64,000 nt of DNA from Cryomorphaceae bacterium MED-G11 (GTDB lineage Bacteria; Bacteroidota; Bacteroidia; Flavobacteriales; Flavobacteriaceae). The translations under genes were made by a program, and so were the position numbers. Below, in pieces: positions 30,932 through 41,044 of this stretch. Under the pieces are notes generated by a model. The model worked only from the letters and a program-made list of their open reading frames with translations. It had not been told where the DNA came from and made no database searches. The stretch is from contig NTKQ01000001.1 in NCBI GenBank assembly GCA_002457075.1, positions 22,079 to 86,078 on the forward strand, given 5' to 3'. The first letter of the stretch is position 1, and each line of letters begins with the position of its first letter.

Positions 30932-33900
30932 TTAAATGGTTTTATTTGTTAACCATTCATAACTATTATTAAATACTTTTATCCATGGTGAGTATAAATC
31001 GTCTCTATCTCTAGGATAGTATGCCCAATTATGAGGATATAATGATCTTTCTATATGAGGCATCATAACAAGATGTCTTCCATTATTAGAAACTAGCATA
31101 GCGGTATTGAAATTTGAACCATTTGGATTGCCAGGATATGAATCATATGAATACTTTCCTGAAATTGAGTATTTACTTTCAGCATAAGGTAATACAAACT
31201 TACCCTCACCATGAGCAGACCATACTCCTAATCTGGACCCTTCGAGGCTCTTTAACATTATAGAGGGAGATTCCTTAATATCAACAGTTGAGAAAACACA
31301 TTCAAACTTATTAGAATCATTATAAGCCATTTTTGGCTTTTCTGAATGATCCTCATTGATAAGTCCAAGTTCTATAAATAGTTGACATCCATTACAAACG
31401 CCCAATGACATTGTATCTTCTCTTTTAAAAAAATCATCTATAGATTTTTTAGCAATTGGATTATGAAGAAAAGATCCTGCCCAACCTTTAGCTGATCCAA
31501 GAACATCAGAATTTGAAAAGCCTCCGACTGCAACTAATAAATGAATATCCTGAAGATTTTCTTTGCCAGATATGATATCAGTCATATGAATATCTTTAAC
31601 ATTAAAACCAGCTAAAGACATCATAAAAGCCATTTCTCTTTCCGAGTTACTGCCTTTTTCTCTAATAACGGCTGCATTAACTTTATTAGCTAATAGAGAA
31701 GAATTGTTATTTCCGTCAAATCCATTTGGAAATTTATAGGTTAGGGGTTGATTCTTATAGTTATTAAACCTTTCAATTGCTTTATTTTTTTTGGTTTGTT
31801 TTAAATCCAAATCTTTTGAAGTATAATACCATATATCTCTATAGTAATTAACACTAAAAGAAAAATTATCCTCAAAATTTACAATATTTAAAAGGCTATT
31901 ATTATTTGTTTTACCAACATTCAAACATTCAACATTTATAGATGAAAACTCCTTTTGTAAATTTTTTTCTGATTGAATAATAATTCCGGTATTTTCAGAG
32001 AACAGTAATTTTGTAGAATCTTCACACCCAAGGTGAGTTAGATTAATATCCATACCTATTTCGTTTGAGCTAAAGCATAACTCGAGTAAGCATGTAATTA
32101 ATCCACCAGAAGAGATATCATGACCTGATATAATCTCATCATTAGATATAAGGTTTTGAACTAGATTAAAGGACTCTTTGAATTTTTTAGAATCTTTTAT
32201 TACAGGAGCTTCTGATCCAATTTTATTAAGTGTTTGAGAAAAAGATGAACCACCTAACTTATAATCATCAAATGATAAATTTATATAATATATATCCCCT
32301 AAGTTTTTATCTAAAACAGGTTTTACAACTTTTCTAATATTCTTACAATGACCTGATGCTGAAATAATAACAGTTCCAGGAGATTTTACTTTTAATTCAT
32401 CATATTTTTGAACCATTGAAAGAGAGTCCTTTCCCGTAGGAATATTAATTCCTAATTCAATTGCAAAATTTGAACAAGCATCTACAGCTTTATATAATCT
32501 AGAATCCTCTCCTTCATTTCCACACGGCCACATCCAATTGGCTGATAGTGATATAGAATTAATCCCATCTTTGAGTGGAGCCCATATAATATTTGTTAAA
32601 GATTCTCCAATTGAATTAATACTTCCAATGCTAGGGTCAATTAAACCTGAAATAGGAGAATGGCCAATAGATGAGGCTATTCCATTAAAATTAGTGTAGT
32701 CTAAAGACACTACTCCGCAATTAGAAAGAGGTACTTGAATTTCACCAACTGTTTGTTGTTGGGCAACTCTTCCAGTAACACATCTATCAACTTTATTTGT
32801 TAGCCAGTCTTTACATGCAACAGATTCAAGCATCAAAACATTTTCAAGATATTCAGAAACTTTATTTTCATCGTATTCTATTTCTTTGAACTTAGATGCT
32901 TTAGTTATATCATTTACAACTTTCTTAGGTGCATCACCAAATAAACTGTCTAGATCTAAATTTATTGTCTCTGAATTATTTTTTCTATCTATTACTTTAA
33001 ATTTATTATCCCCTGTGACCTTTCCGACTTTATAAACTGGGGTTCTTTCTCTTTCAGCTATTTTCTTAACTAGATCATAATCTTTTTCTTTAATTATTAA
33101 CCCTATTCTTTCTTGAGATTCATTACCTATAATTTCTTTATAAGAAAGAGATGGATCTCCAATGGGTAATGAATCCAAATAAATTTCTCCTCCAACATCT
33201 TCTACTAATTCAGAAAAACAATTTAAATGACCCCCAGCTCCATGATCATGAATAGATACTATAGGATTCTCATCCATTTCAAATAAAGATCTGATTGTAT
33301 TTGTAACTCTTTTTTGCATTTCTGGATTCGACCTTTGAACGGCATTTAGTTCTATTGCATTATTATAACTTCCTGTATCAGTTGATGATACAGAGGCACC
33401 ACCCATACCAATCCTGTAATTATCTCCTCCTAATAAAACAATAACATCTCCCTTTTTAGGAGTGTTTTTCATAGATTGTTTTAACTCTCCATAACCTACA
33501 CCACCTGCAAGCATTATGACTTTATCGTATGAATATAATTCTTGATTTTCGTCATGCTCAAATGTTAATAAAGAACCAACTATTAGTGGTTGTCCAAAAC
33601 AATTCCCAAAATCAGAAGCACCATTAGATGCTTTTATTAAAATATCAACAGGGGTTTGATATTTCCAATCTCTCTGTGGTATTTTCTTTTCCCATATTTT
33701 GTTATTATTCAGTCTTGAATAAGGTGTCATATAAACTGCAGATCCAATAAGAGGTAGAGAGCCTGTTCCTCCTGCTGCTCTATCTCTAATTTCTCCCCCT
33801 GAGCCTGTTGCAGCTCCATTATAAGGTTCTACAGTTGTTGGAAAATTATGAGTTTCAGCTTTTAATGATATAATACTTTCAATTTCTTTATTTATAAAAT

Positions 33901-34588
33901 AACTTGATTCATCTCCTCTTTTTGGTTGAAATTGATTGATTTTAGGGCCATTAATAAATGCAACATTGTCAGAGTACGCAGATACAATTGAATTTTTATT
34001 TTTTTTGGAAGTGAACTTTATAAGATCAAATAAACTATTATTTTTTTCTTTTCCATCAATAATAAATTTTCCATTAAAGATTTTATGTCTGCAGTGTTCA
34101 GAGTTTACTTGTGAAAAACCATAAACCTCTGAGTCAGTTAATTTTCTTCCAATTTTCTTTGAAAGACTTTCTAAATATGATATTTCAAAGTCATCTAAAG
34201 CCAGACCTTGTTGATCATTATACTTTTTTAAATTATCTATTAAGTATATTTTCTCAGGAGTTATATTATTATTAAATATACTTTGATTTAAAGCTTTATA
34301 CTTTTCATGAATCATTTTGTCAAAGTTTTCGCAGATTTCATGACAAATAAAAACTTCTATTCGATCTATATTTTTAACCCCCATATTACGAGTTATCTCA
34401 ACAGCGTTTGTGCTCCATGGGGTAATCATAGAGGATTTTGGTCCAATAAATTTTTCAGTTATTTGTTTACTATCAATAATACTTGAGTCAAGTACCCAAG
34501 ATAATTTTTTTAAATCTTCAGTCGATAATATTTCAGAGATTTCAACTGCAAATACTTTTAATTTTGGGTTCCCAAAAAATAAAATCAT
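30932..34588 (-). CDS. purL: Phosphoribosylformylglycinamidine synthase (single-chain large PurL)
   Basis: 1218 aa. SEHCRHKIF, ETHNFPT.VEP..GAATG.GG.IRD, a duplicated AIR-synthase-like core, and a C-terminal glutaminase domain (GVCNGCQ...MMPHIER). Confidence 0.95.
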   Translation of the reverse strand: MILFFGNPKLKVFAVEISEILSTEDLKKLSWVLDSSIIDSKQITEKFIGPKSSMITPWSTNAVEITRNMGVKNIDRIEVFICHEICENFDKMIHEKYKALNQSIFNNNITPEKIYLIDNLKKYNDQQGLALDDFEISYLESLSKKIGRKLTDSEVYGFSQVNSEHCRHKIFNGKFIIDGKEKNNSLFDLIKFTSKKNKNSIVSAYSDNVAFINGPKINQFQPKRGDESSYFINKEIESIISLKAETHNFPTTVEPYNGAATGSGGEIRDRAAGGTGSLPLIGSAVYMTPYSRLNNNKIWEKKIPQRDWKYQTPVDILIKASNGASDFGNCFGQPLIVGSLLTFEHDENQELYSYDKVIMLAGGVGYGELKQSMKNTPKKGDVIVLLGGDNYRIGMGGASVSSTDTGSYNNAIELNAVQRSNPEMQKRVTNTIRSLFEMDENPIVSIHDHGAGGHLNCFSELVEDVGGEIYLDSLPIGDPSLSYKEIIGNESQERIGLIIKEKDYDLVKKIAERERTPVYKVGKVTGDNKFKVIDRKNNSETINLDLDSLFGDAPKKVVNDITKASKFKEIEYDENKVSEYLENVLMLESVACKDWLTNKVDRCVTGRVAQQQTVGEIQVPLSNCGVVSLDYTNFNGIASSIGHSPISGLIDPSIGSINSIGESLTNIIWAPLKDGINSISLSANWMWPCGNEGEDSRLYKAVDACSNFAIELGINIPTGKDSLSMVQKYDELKVKSPGTVIISASGHCKNIRKVVKPVLDKNLGDIYYINLSFDDYKLGGSSFSQTLNKIGSEAPVIKDSKKFKESFNLVQNLISNDEIISGHDISSGGLITCLLELCFSSNEIGMDINLTHLGCEDSTKLLFSENTGIIIQSEKNLQKEFSSINVECLNVGKTNNNSLLNIVNFEDNFSFSVNYYRDIWYYTSKDLDLKQTKKNKAIERFNNYKNQPLTYKFPNGFDGNNNSSLLANKVNAAVIREKGSNSEREMAFMMSLAGFNVKDIHMTDIISGKENLQDIHLLVAVGGFSNSDVLGSAKGWAGSFLHNPIAKKSIDDFFKREDTMSLGVCNGCQLFIELGLINEDHSEKPKMAYNDSNKFECVFSTVDIKESPSIMLKSLEGSRLGVWSAHGEGKFVLPYAESKYSISGKYSYDSYPGNPNGSNFNTAMLVSNNGRHLVMMPHIERSLYPHNWAYYPRDRDDLYSPWIKVFNNSYEWLTNKTI

Positions 34589-34625
34589 TATAGATATTTA
34601 AGCTGTAAATTTAATTGATTTAGGA

Positions 34626-36443
34626 TTAGATTTGAAGCTCATTCATATTTTTATATGAAGAATTTGAGTTGATAAGTTCTTGATGGGTTCCTTGTGCAAT
34701 AATCCTGCCTTTATCAATAAGTATTATCTTATCGCACTTCTTAATTGTTGAAAACTTATGTGCTATTATTAATGATGTTTTTCCATGCATTAGTTTATCA
34801 ATTGCATTCTGAATTTTTTTCTCAGATTCACTATCTAATGAAGAAGTTGCTTCATCTAAAATTAATATTGAAGGACTCTTTAACATTGCTCTAGCTATTG
34901 TTAATCTTTGCTTTTGACCTCCTGACAAATTATTTCCGTAATCTCCAATCATTGTATCATAACTATTTAGCTGCTCTTGAATAAACTCATGAGCATTTGC
35001 CTCTTTCGAAGCTTCAATAATATCCTCTTTCGAAGCTTCAAGATTACCTATTCTAATATTATTTAATATAGTGTCATTAAATAAAATTGATTCTTGAGTT
35101 ACAATAGAGATATTTCTATAAAGTGATTCTTTTGTAATATTTGATATACTAATATCATCAATTAAAATATTTCCAGAGGTTGGACCAAAAAAACCATTTA
35201 AAAGATTAGCTATTGTTGTTTTACCACTTCCAGATGAACCAACTAAAGCAACACTTTCTCCTTTGTTTATTGTAAAACTTATTTTATCTAATATTTTTAC
35301 CTCACCGTAGTTAAATTCAACATTATTAAAAGTTATGTTCTTCTTAAACTTTTTAAAGTCTATAGTTCTATTTTCATCATATTTATCTTTATTATATTCA
35401 ATAATCTCAAATACTCTTTCAGCTGCTGCATTTCCTTTTTTTATACTGTAAAATGACTTACTAAGATTTTTAGCTGGAGTAAGAATATTGTATGCAAGAC
35501 CCATAAATACTATAAATGTTGTTCCAGATATAGTTTCATTTATTAAAACCATTTTTCCACCAAACCAAAGTAATACCCCAATTACAAGAATTCCCATAAA
35601 CTCACTAAAAGGGCCAGCTAAATTTTTTCTATTAATTACCTTATTTGAAAATCTATAAAGTAAGTTATTTATGCTTTTAAACTTATTATGAAAAAAATTT
35701 TCTGATAAAAATGACTTAATAACTTTTTGACCACTAATTGTTTCATCAATAATTGATAAAAAATTACTTTGTTGTTGTTGAACTTCTTTAGAATCTTTTC
35801 TAAGCTTCTTGCCAATTATTGAAATTATAAAACCTGATATAGGAATAAATAGGGTAACAAATAGTGTTAATTGAGGGCTTATTGTAAACATTACAATCAA
35901 AGTAAATATAATAGTTAGCGGCTCCCTTACCATTAATTCCAAGATTGAAAGATAAGATGTCTGAATTTCTAAAATATCTGCTGTTATTCTAGACATTAAG
36001 TCACCTTTTTTCTTATTTAAAAAATATGAGATAGGCATGTTTAATACCTTAGAATATAAGTTTTCTCTCAGATTCTTTAATAGACCATTTTTTACAAATG
36101 TTATATTGTAAAGTGCGAGATAGTTAAATAAATTTTTCATTAAAAAAAAGAAAATAACTATTCCCACTACTAGTATTAATGTTGATGAAATATCAGTTTC
36201 AAGTTGATTAGATAGATAATAATTAAAATAGTCTTCTGTATATTCTAAAATATTACTAAATCCAACATATTTAGGTTCTGTATAAACTGTTTTAGTTTGT
36301 TTAAATAAGACATCAAGCATTGGAATAAATGATACAAAGGCTAAAGCACTAAAAATTGCATAAAGAATATTAAATAATATGTTTAATACTCCATAGTAAT
36401 AATATTCAATTCCATATTTTAGAACTCTTGTGAAATAGCTCAT
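34626..36443 (-). CDS. ABC transporter, fused permease/ATPase (MsbA-like exporter)
   Basis: Six N-terminal TM segments, then Walker A GSSGSGKTT, signature LSGGQKQR, Walker B ILILDEATS. Confidence 0.9.
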   Translation of the reverse strand: MSYFTRVLKYGIEYYYYGVLNILFNILYAIFSALAFVSFIPMLDVLFKQTKTVYTEPKYVGFSNILEYTEDYFNYYLSNQLETDISSTLILVVGIVIFFFLMKNLFNYLALYNITFVKNGLLKNLRENLYSKVLNMPISYFLNKKKGDLMSRITADILEIQTSYLSILELMVREPLTIIFTLIVMFTISPQLTLFVTLFIPISGFIISIIGKKLRKDSKEVQQQQSNFLSIIDETISGQKVIKSFLSENFFHNKFKSINNLLYRFSNKVINRKNLAGPFSEFMGILVIGVLLWFGGKMVLINETISGTTFIVFMGLAYNILTPAKNLSKSFYSIKKGNAAAERVFEIIEYNKDKYDENRTIDFKKFKKNITFNNVEFNYGEVKILDKISFTINKGESVALVGSSGSGKTTIANLLNGFFGPTSGNILIDDISISNITKESLYRNISIVTQESILFNDTILNNIRIGNLEASKEDIIEASKEANAHEFIQEQLNSYDTMIGDYGNNLSGGQKQRLTIARAMLKSPSILILDEATSSLDSESEKKIQNAIDKLMHGKTSLIIAHKFSTIKKCDKIILIDKGRIIAQGTHQELINSNSSYKNMNELQI

Positions 36444-37388
36444 TTAAAATGTTTTATTTTTTATTGAAAATTCATCTTTATTAGCATTGAATTTTAATAT
36501 AATCTCTGCTATAAAACCTGCTATAAAAAATTGTGCCCCAAGAACCATTGTTATTAAAGCAATATAAAATTCTGGTCTTGTAGTTATAAGCCTTGAGTTA
36601 GTATCAATAAATAGTTTATTATAACCGAGATAAATAGTAAATAAAATTCCAACTATAATCATTAGAGTGCCTAACGATCCAAAAAAATGCATTGGTCTTC
36701 TTCCAAATCTATTTGTAAACCAAAGGGTTATTATATCTAGAAATCCTCTTATGAACCTTTCATTTCCAAATTTACTTTTACCATATTTTCTTGGTTGATG
36801 TTTCACTACATGTTCTCCAATTTTATTATATCCTTCATTTTTTGCAAGAATTGGAATAAACCTATGCATATCAGCATAAAGATTAATAGATTTAATTACC
36901 TCTTTTCTATATACTTTGATTCCACAGTTAAAGTCATTAAGACGTATGCCAGAAAACAGTCTTGCAACAAGGTTAAATAAAGAGGATGGCAACCTTTTTA
37001 AAAAAAAAGAATCATATCTTTTCTTTTTCCACCCTGAGATCATATCTAGGTTAGATTCAATAAGTTTATTAATCATTATGGGAATTTCTTCTGGTGAATC
37101 TTGAAGATCTGCATCTAAAGTTGCTACATATTCTCCCTTAGCCTCAGAAAATCCTACTCTTAAAGCTTGAGATTTTCCATAATTTCTATTAAATGAAATA
37201 CCTTTTATATTGATATTAGACTTAGCGATTTTTTCAATTATACTCCAAGAAGAGTCATTACTACCATCATCAATGTAGATAATTTCAAATTCTAAATCAG
37301 TACCAGAGAAAGCCTTAAAAATCCAGTCATTGAGTTCATTTATCGACTCAGATTCATTCAAAAGAGGTATAATAATTGAAACATTCAT
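36444..37388 (-). CDS. Family 2 glycosyltransferase (polyprenol-phosphate sugar transferase-like) with C-terminal TM segments
   Basis: VSIIIPLLNE, YIDDGSND, LDADLQD motifs (GT-A fold, DxD) and two C-terminal hydrophobic helices. The stop abuts the start of the ABC exporter gene. Confidence 0.88.
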   Translation of the reverse strand: MNVSIIIPLLNESESINELNDWIFKAFSGTDLEFEIIYIDDGSNDSSWSIIEKIAKSNINIKGISFNRNYGKSQALRVGFSEAKGEYVATLDADLQDSPEEIPIMINKLIESNLDMISGWKKKRYDSFFLKRLPSSLFNLVARLFSGIRLNDFNCGIKVYRKEVIKSINLYADMHRFIPILAKNEGYNKIGEHVVKHQPRKYGKSKFGNERFIRGFLDIITLWFTNRFGRRPMHFFGSLGTLMIIVGILFTIYLGYNKLFIDTNSRLITTRPEFYIALITMVLGAQFFIAGFIAEIILKFNANKDEFSIKNKTF

Positions 37389-37397
37389 AGGCTTTTA

Positions 37398-37922
37398 CTA
37401 TTCTGGCCTATTTTTTTTGACAGCTAGTCCGGTAAGTAATGAAATAAGACAACCAAAAAATAATGAAACAGTTATTCCTATCGCAGATGAAAGAAATGGA
37501 TTGGCAAAAAATTCAAATGCTCCTTCAATTGCTTCTATCATTTCATCTGTAAGCTCTGGGTTTTGCTTAATTGCTTCATTTATTGCATAATCCATTGCTT
37601 TAGTCATAGTCTCAGGATCTAATACATAACCCTGAAATAGACCGTAAAGAATTCCTATTGAAGATCCTAGAGCAACGATTCCTATACCAATTTTCATTCC
37701 TTCTCCAAGACTAATAAATCCATCATTTAATTGTTTGTAAGCTAATTGTCCAAAAACTATAGATCCAGCCATTATTAAAAGACCTGTCCATTGTTGAATG
37801 GACGAGTTTTGATAATGTAGATCCATAAAAAACAACATTAAAGTAAATGCAACTGATAATCCACCCATAATTAAACCGTAGTTTAATACCGTAGATTTAA
37901 GAGTACCTTTAGATTCTGACAT
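37398..37922 (-). CDS. DUF4199-like small membrane protein
   Basis: 174 aa, four hydrophobic segments, N-terminus LNYGLIMGGLSVAFTLMLF. Size, topology and position upstream of a GT2 gene match what I recall for Bacteroidota DUF4199. Confidence 0.6.
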   Translation of the reverse strand: MSESKGTLKSTVLNYGLIMGGLSVAFTLMLFFMDLHYQNSSIQQWTGLLIMAGSIVFGQLAYKQLNDGFISLGEGMKIGIGIVALGSSIGILYGLFQGYVLDPETMTKAMDYAINEAIKQNPELTDEMIEAIEGAFEFFANPFLSSAIGITVSLFFGCLISLLTGLAVKKNRPE

Positions 37923-37989
37923 TTTGTTTGTATTAAGTGTTACAAGTAAAATTAAGCAATTATAATGACAGGATATATGAAAAAAATTT

Positions 37990-37997
37990 TAAATTTG
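37990..37997 (+). promoter_or_regulatory. Candidate -7 promoter box (TAAATTTG) upstream of the L31 gene
   Basis: Exact TAnnTTTG match 17 nt before the ATG at 38014. Confidence 0.35.
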
Positions 37998-38013
37998 CAC
38001 TCACTTTAAAATT

Positions 38014-38556
38014 ATGAAGAGTAATACACATCCTGATAACTATAGACTCGTAGCATTTAAAGATATGTCTAATAATGACATGTTTATCACAAAATCTACT
38101 GTCGAAACAAAAGAAACTACAAAAATCGATGGTGTTGAATATCCTCTTTTTAAGCTTGAAATTTCAAGAACCTCTCATCCTTATTATACTGGTAAATCTA
38201 AACTTGTAGACACAGCGGGTAGGGTAGATAAGTTCAGAAGTAAATATGCAAACTTCAATCAAGCTTCAAAGTCTGAATCTACAGATTCTGAAGAAGATGT
38301 TAAAGCTGATAAGTTACCAGAAACTCCTGTTGTTGAAGAAACTCCTGTTGTTGAAGAAACTCCTGCTGTTGAAGAAACTCCTGCTGTTGAAGAAGCTCCT
38401 GTTGTTGAAGAAGCTCCTGCTGTTGAAGAAGCTCCTGCTGTTGAAGAAACTCCTGCTGTTGAAGAAGCTCCTGCTGCTGAAGAAGCTCCTGCTGTAGAAG
38501 AAGCTCCTGCTGCTGAAGAAGCTCCTGCTGCAGAAGAAGATTCTGATCCTTCATAG
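38014..38556 (+). CDS. rpmE2: 50S ribosomal protein L31 type B with a 99-aa acidic tandem-repeat C-terminal extension
   Basis: Residues 1-81 ([17 protein letters not shown]...[28 protein letters not shown]) are a Cys-free bL31 type B. Residues 82-180 are a Ser/Asp/Glu linker plus 12 copies of E-[TA]-P-[VA]-[VA]-E. Confidence 0.88.
   Translation: MKSNTHPDNYRLVAFKDMSNNDMFITKSTVETKETTKIDGVEYPLFKLEISRTSHPYYTGKSKLVDTAGRVDKFRSKYANFNQASKSESTDSEEDVKADKLPETPVVEETPVVEETPAVEETPAVEEAPVVEEAPAVEEAPAVEETPAVEEAPAAEEAPAVEEAPAAEEAPAAEEDSDPS
38320..38535 (+). repeat. 12 x 18-bp in-frame tandem repeat (GAARCTCCTGYTGYWGAA)
   Basis: Read directly: 12 contiguous units with no spacers, differing only at 3-4 positions, beginning at codon 103 of the L31 ORF. 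Confidence 0.95.
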
Positions 38557-38571
38557 ATAAGTCTTTAAGTT

Positions 38572-39900
38572 TTGCCAGTATCTATAGCTCCTATTAAATC
38601 AAAAAGAAAGATTTCAAGTGTTGCATTATATACACTAGGGTGTAAGCTAAATTTTTCAGAATCATCATATATCTCAAAGTCACTAAAAGATAATAATTAT
38701 AAAATAGTAGATTTTAATGAGTTTGCTGATGCCTATATCATTAATACTTGTTCTGTTACTGAAAATGCTGATAATAAGTTCAAGTATTTTGTAAAACAAG
38801 CTCAAAAAAATAATCCAGATGCTTTTATAGCTGCTATTGGATGTTATGCTCAACTAAAACCTAAAGAGTTACTTTCCGTTGATGGTGTTGATCTTGTGTT
38901 AGGAGCTTCCGACAAGTTTAATATATTGGAATATTTTAAAAATATTGATAGTGATTTTTCAAAAAAAATTCACTCATGTAATATTAATGATGTAAATCTT
39001 TTTAAAGAAAGCTATTCTTTGAACCATAGAACTAGAGCATTTTTAAAAGTTCAAGATGGTTGTGATTATAAGTGTAGTTTCTGCACGATTCCTCTGGCAA
39101 GAGGCAAGTCCAGAAGTAATACTATATCTAATGTTATAGATAATGTTCATAAAATTGCTTCTGAAAATATAAAAGAGATTGTTCTAACAGGGATTAATCT
39201 TGGAGATTTCGGAGCTAACAGTAATGATAGTATTCAATATAATTTCTTTGATCTAGTTAAGGAATTAGACAAATTGGATTTAAGTGTAAGGTTTAGAATT
39301 TCTTCAATCGAACCAAACCTTTTAACTGATGAAATAATAGAGTTCATTAGTACCAGTAAGAATTTTGTCCATCACTTTCATATTCCTTTACAAAGTGGAA
39401 GTGACAGAGTCTTGAAATTGATGAGAAGAAGGTATGACAGTAAATTATATAATAGTAGAATAAAGATGATAAATCAACTCATGCCAGATGCATGTATTGG
39501 AGTTGATGTAATTGTCGGTTTTCCAGGAGAAGATGATCATGAGTTTTTGAAAAGTATGAGTTTTATTGAAGATCTAGATATCTCTTACTTGCATGTTTTT
39601 AAATACTCTGAAAGGGATAATACTCACGCAATAACTTTACCCAAAATAGTTAATTCAAAAATTAGAACTAAAAGAAGTAAACTTTTAAGACTTCTTTCAA
39701 GTAGAAAGAAATCTGGGTTTTATAATAAAAATATAGGCACAATTCATCAAGTCTTATTTGAATCTGAGGATAAAAATGGTTTTATTGAAGGATTTTCATC
39801 AAACTATGTGCGTTTTAGAAGAAAGTGGGATTCAAGTCTAGCTGGAAGTATAGTGGAATCAAAATTTACTAAAATTGATTCTGAAGGTTTTGCAATCTAA
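38572..39900 (+). CDS. mtaB: Radical-SAM methylthiotransferase, MtaB-like (tRNA t6A37 methylthiolation)
   Basis: N-terminal UPF0004 domain (ALYTLGCKLNFSES), radical SAM CxxxCxxC (GCDYKCSFCTIP), C-terminal TRAM-like region. The start is assigned to TTG 38572 because no ATG or GTG is available upstream of the conserved N-terminus. Confidence 0.82.
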   Translation: MPVSIAPIKSKRKISSVALYTLGCKLNFSESSYISKSLKDNNYKIVDFNEFADAYIINTCSVTENADNKFKYFVKQAQKNNPDAFIAAIGCYAQLKPKELLSVDGVDLVLGASDKFNILEYFKNIDSDFSKKIHSCNINDVNLFKESYSLNHRTRAFLKVQDGCDYKCSFCTIPLARGKSRSNTISNVIDNVHKIASENIKEIVLTGINLGDFGANSNDSIQYNFFDLVKELDKLDLSVRFRISSIEPNLLTDEIIEFISTSKNFVHHFHIPLQSGSDRVLKLMRRRYDSKLYNSRIKMINQLMPDACIGVDVIVGFPGEDDHEFLKSMSFIEDLDISYLHVFKYSERDNTHAITLPKIVNSKIRTKRSKLLRLLSSRKKSGFYNKNIGTIHQVLFESEDKNGFIEGFSSNYVRFRRKWDSSLAGSIVESKFTKIDSEGFAI

Positions 39901-39907
39901 GTTTTAA

Positions 39908-40201
39908 TTATAATTTAATACCAACAGGAAGTAGGTGTTTGAAAGTTTTATTTTTTCTAACAAAACCTGCAATTCTGGGGGATGTGGGAACAACTCTAAG
40001 GTTTTTACTTTCAATAAATTCAAGCACTTTAATTATAAAATCTTCTTCAAAAGATTTATCATTAACAGAATCGGGGATATGAATTTTAGTAAGGAATATC
40101 TTTCTTTCTTGTTCAGCATACTCTATCCTAGCTAATGAGTCTGAAATCTTGACTTCAAATTGTCTTAGAAACTCATTATTTTCGATAGTTATTTGATTCA
40201 T
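39908..40201 (-). CDS. Small GNAT-like N-acetyltransferase domain protein (YjdJ-type)
   Basis: 97 aa. Pattern FE......ARIEY......I.L.KIHIP....KSFEEDFI..VLEFIESKNLRVVPTSP....FV resembles the single-domain GNAT_2 proteins. Confidence 0.55.
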   Translation of the reverse strand: MNQITIENNEFLRQFEVKISDSLARIEYAEQERKIFLTKIHIPDSVNDKSFEEDFIIKVLEFIESKNLRVVPTSPRIAGFVRKNKTFKHLLPVGIKL

Positions 40202-40220
40202 AAATAAAAAAGATGGACAG

Positions 40221-40228
40221 CAAAGATA
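40221..40228 (-). promoter_or_regulatory. Candidate -7 promoter box (TATCTTTG on minus strand) upstream of the GNAT-like gene
   Basis: The plus strand reads CAAAGATA, 20 nt upstream of the ATG at 40201. Confidence 0.3.
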
Positions 40229-40262
40229 AAAAAAAATCTATTGAGGATAAAAAAACTTGATA

Positions 40263-40778
40263 TTAAATTCTTTTCATCTGTTCTTGCATCAATTTTATTT
40301 GAGCAGTTAACATGTTGTGTGTGTCGTAAGATTTAGCTTCTGTTAGAAGTGCTTGCGCCTCTCTCTTTCTTCTTTTTTGCATCATGATTCCTGCAAGACT
40401 TAATTTTGCCATTGCTAAATCATGCTTCATACTTAAACCTAGTTTCAGTGATTCACGAAAATGTTTTTCTGCAATTGTAAGGTTTTTTTGAGATTGAATT
40501 AAACCATGAAGATAATAGAAGAATCCTTGTTGCTTTTTAATTAGAGCTGACTTAGGGTTTTTTATTAATTTCAAAATTTTCTCAGTTCTATCAAAATTTT
40601 GATTTCTTAGACTTAGAAATGCAAAAATTAAAACTTCGTTTTTAAAATAAAGAACAATTAAAAGTATAGACAGAAAAATTAGGAAAATTCCATTTCCTAT
40701 AAAAGTTTCTGTAATTTGATATACTCCATACGCAAGGAGTAATGTCGAAGCTATTAGCTTAATTATTTTTGGTATCAT
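40263..40778 (-). CDS. Hypothetical membrane-anchored protein with TPR-like helical C-terminal half
   Basis: 171 aa, two N-terminal hydrophobic segments followed by helical repeats (AEKHFRESLKLGLSMKHDLAMAKLSLAGIMMQ...). No specific family recognised. Confidence 0.55.
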   Translation of the reverse strand: MIPKIIKLIASTLLLAYGVYQITETFIGNGIFLIFLSILLIVLYFKNEVLIFAFLSLRNQNFDRTEKILKLIKNPKSALIKKQQGFFYYLHGLIQSQKNLTIAEKHFRESLKLGLSMKHDLAMAKLSLAGIMMQKRRKREAQALLTEAKSYDTHNMLTAQIKLMQEQMKRI

Positions 40779-40834
40779 ATATGCTGCTAATTTACAATTT
40801 AAAAATATTTATATGATGTTGAATAAAAAGATAT

Positions 40835-40842
40835 TATATTTG
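40835..40842 (+). promoter_or_regulatory. Candidate -7 promoter box (TATATTTG) upstream of rpmH
   Basis: Exact TAnnTTTG match 22 nt before the GTG start at 40864. Confidence 0.35.
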
Positions 40843-40863
40843 CCTCCGATTAAATAAACAATT

Positions 40864-41022
40864 GTGAAAAGGACCTATCAACCATCTAAAAGAAAAAGAA
40901 GAAACAAGCACGGCTTTATGGACAGAATGGCTACAGCTAATGGACGAAGAGTACTTGCAGGAAGAAGAGCAAAAGGAAGAAAAAAATTATCAGTCTCTGA
41001 CGAATTTCGTCACAAGAAATAA
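40864..41022 (+). CDS. rpmH: 50S ribosomal protein L34
   Basis: Not in the ORF track. GTG start; my translation is [52 protein letters not shown], stop TAA 41020-41022. KRT.QPS.RKR.N.HGF..RM....GR.VL..RR.KGRK.L is the bL34 signature. Confidence 0.92.
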   Translation: MKRTYQPSKRKRRNKHGFMDRMATANGRRVLAGRRAKGRKKLSVSDEFRHKK

Positions 41023-41044
41023 TTTTTAATAACTTTTTAAAGAT

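Noticed and set aside
38320-38535. I considered the regular short direct repeats as a possible CRISPR-like array.
   Set aside because: The units are contiguous with no spacers, are only 18 bp long, are in frame within a CDS, and have no cas genes nearby.
38246-38554. ORFs that translate as (LLLLKK)n on the plus strand and (QQQELL)n on the minus strand.
   Set aside because: These are alternative-frame and antisense readings of the 18-bp repeat inside the L31 gene. Only the frame continuous with the conserved L31 domain is credible.
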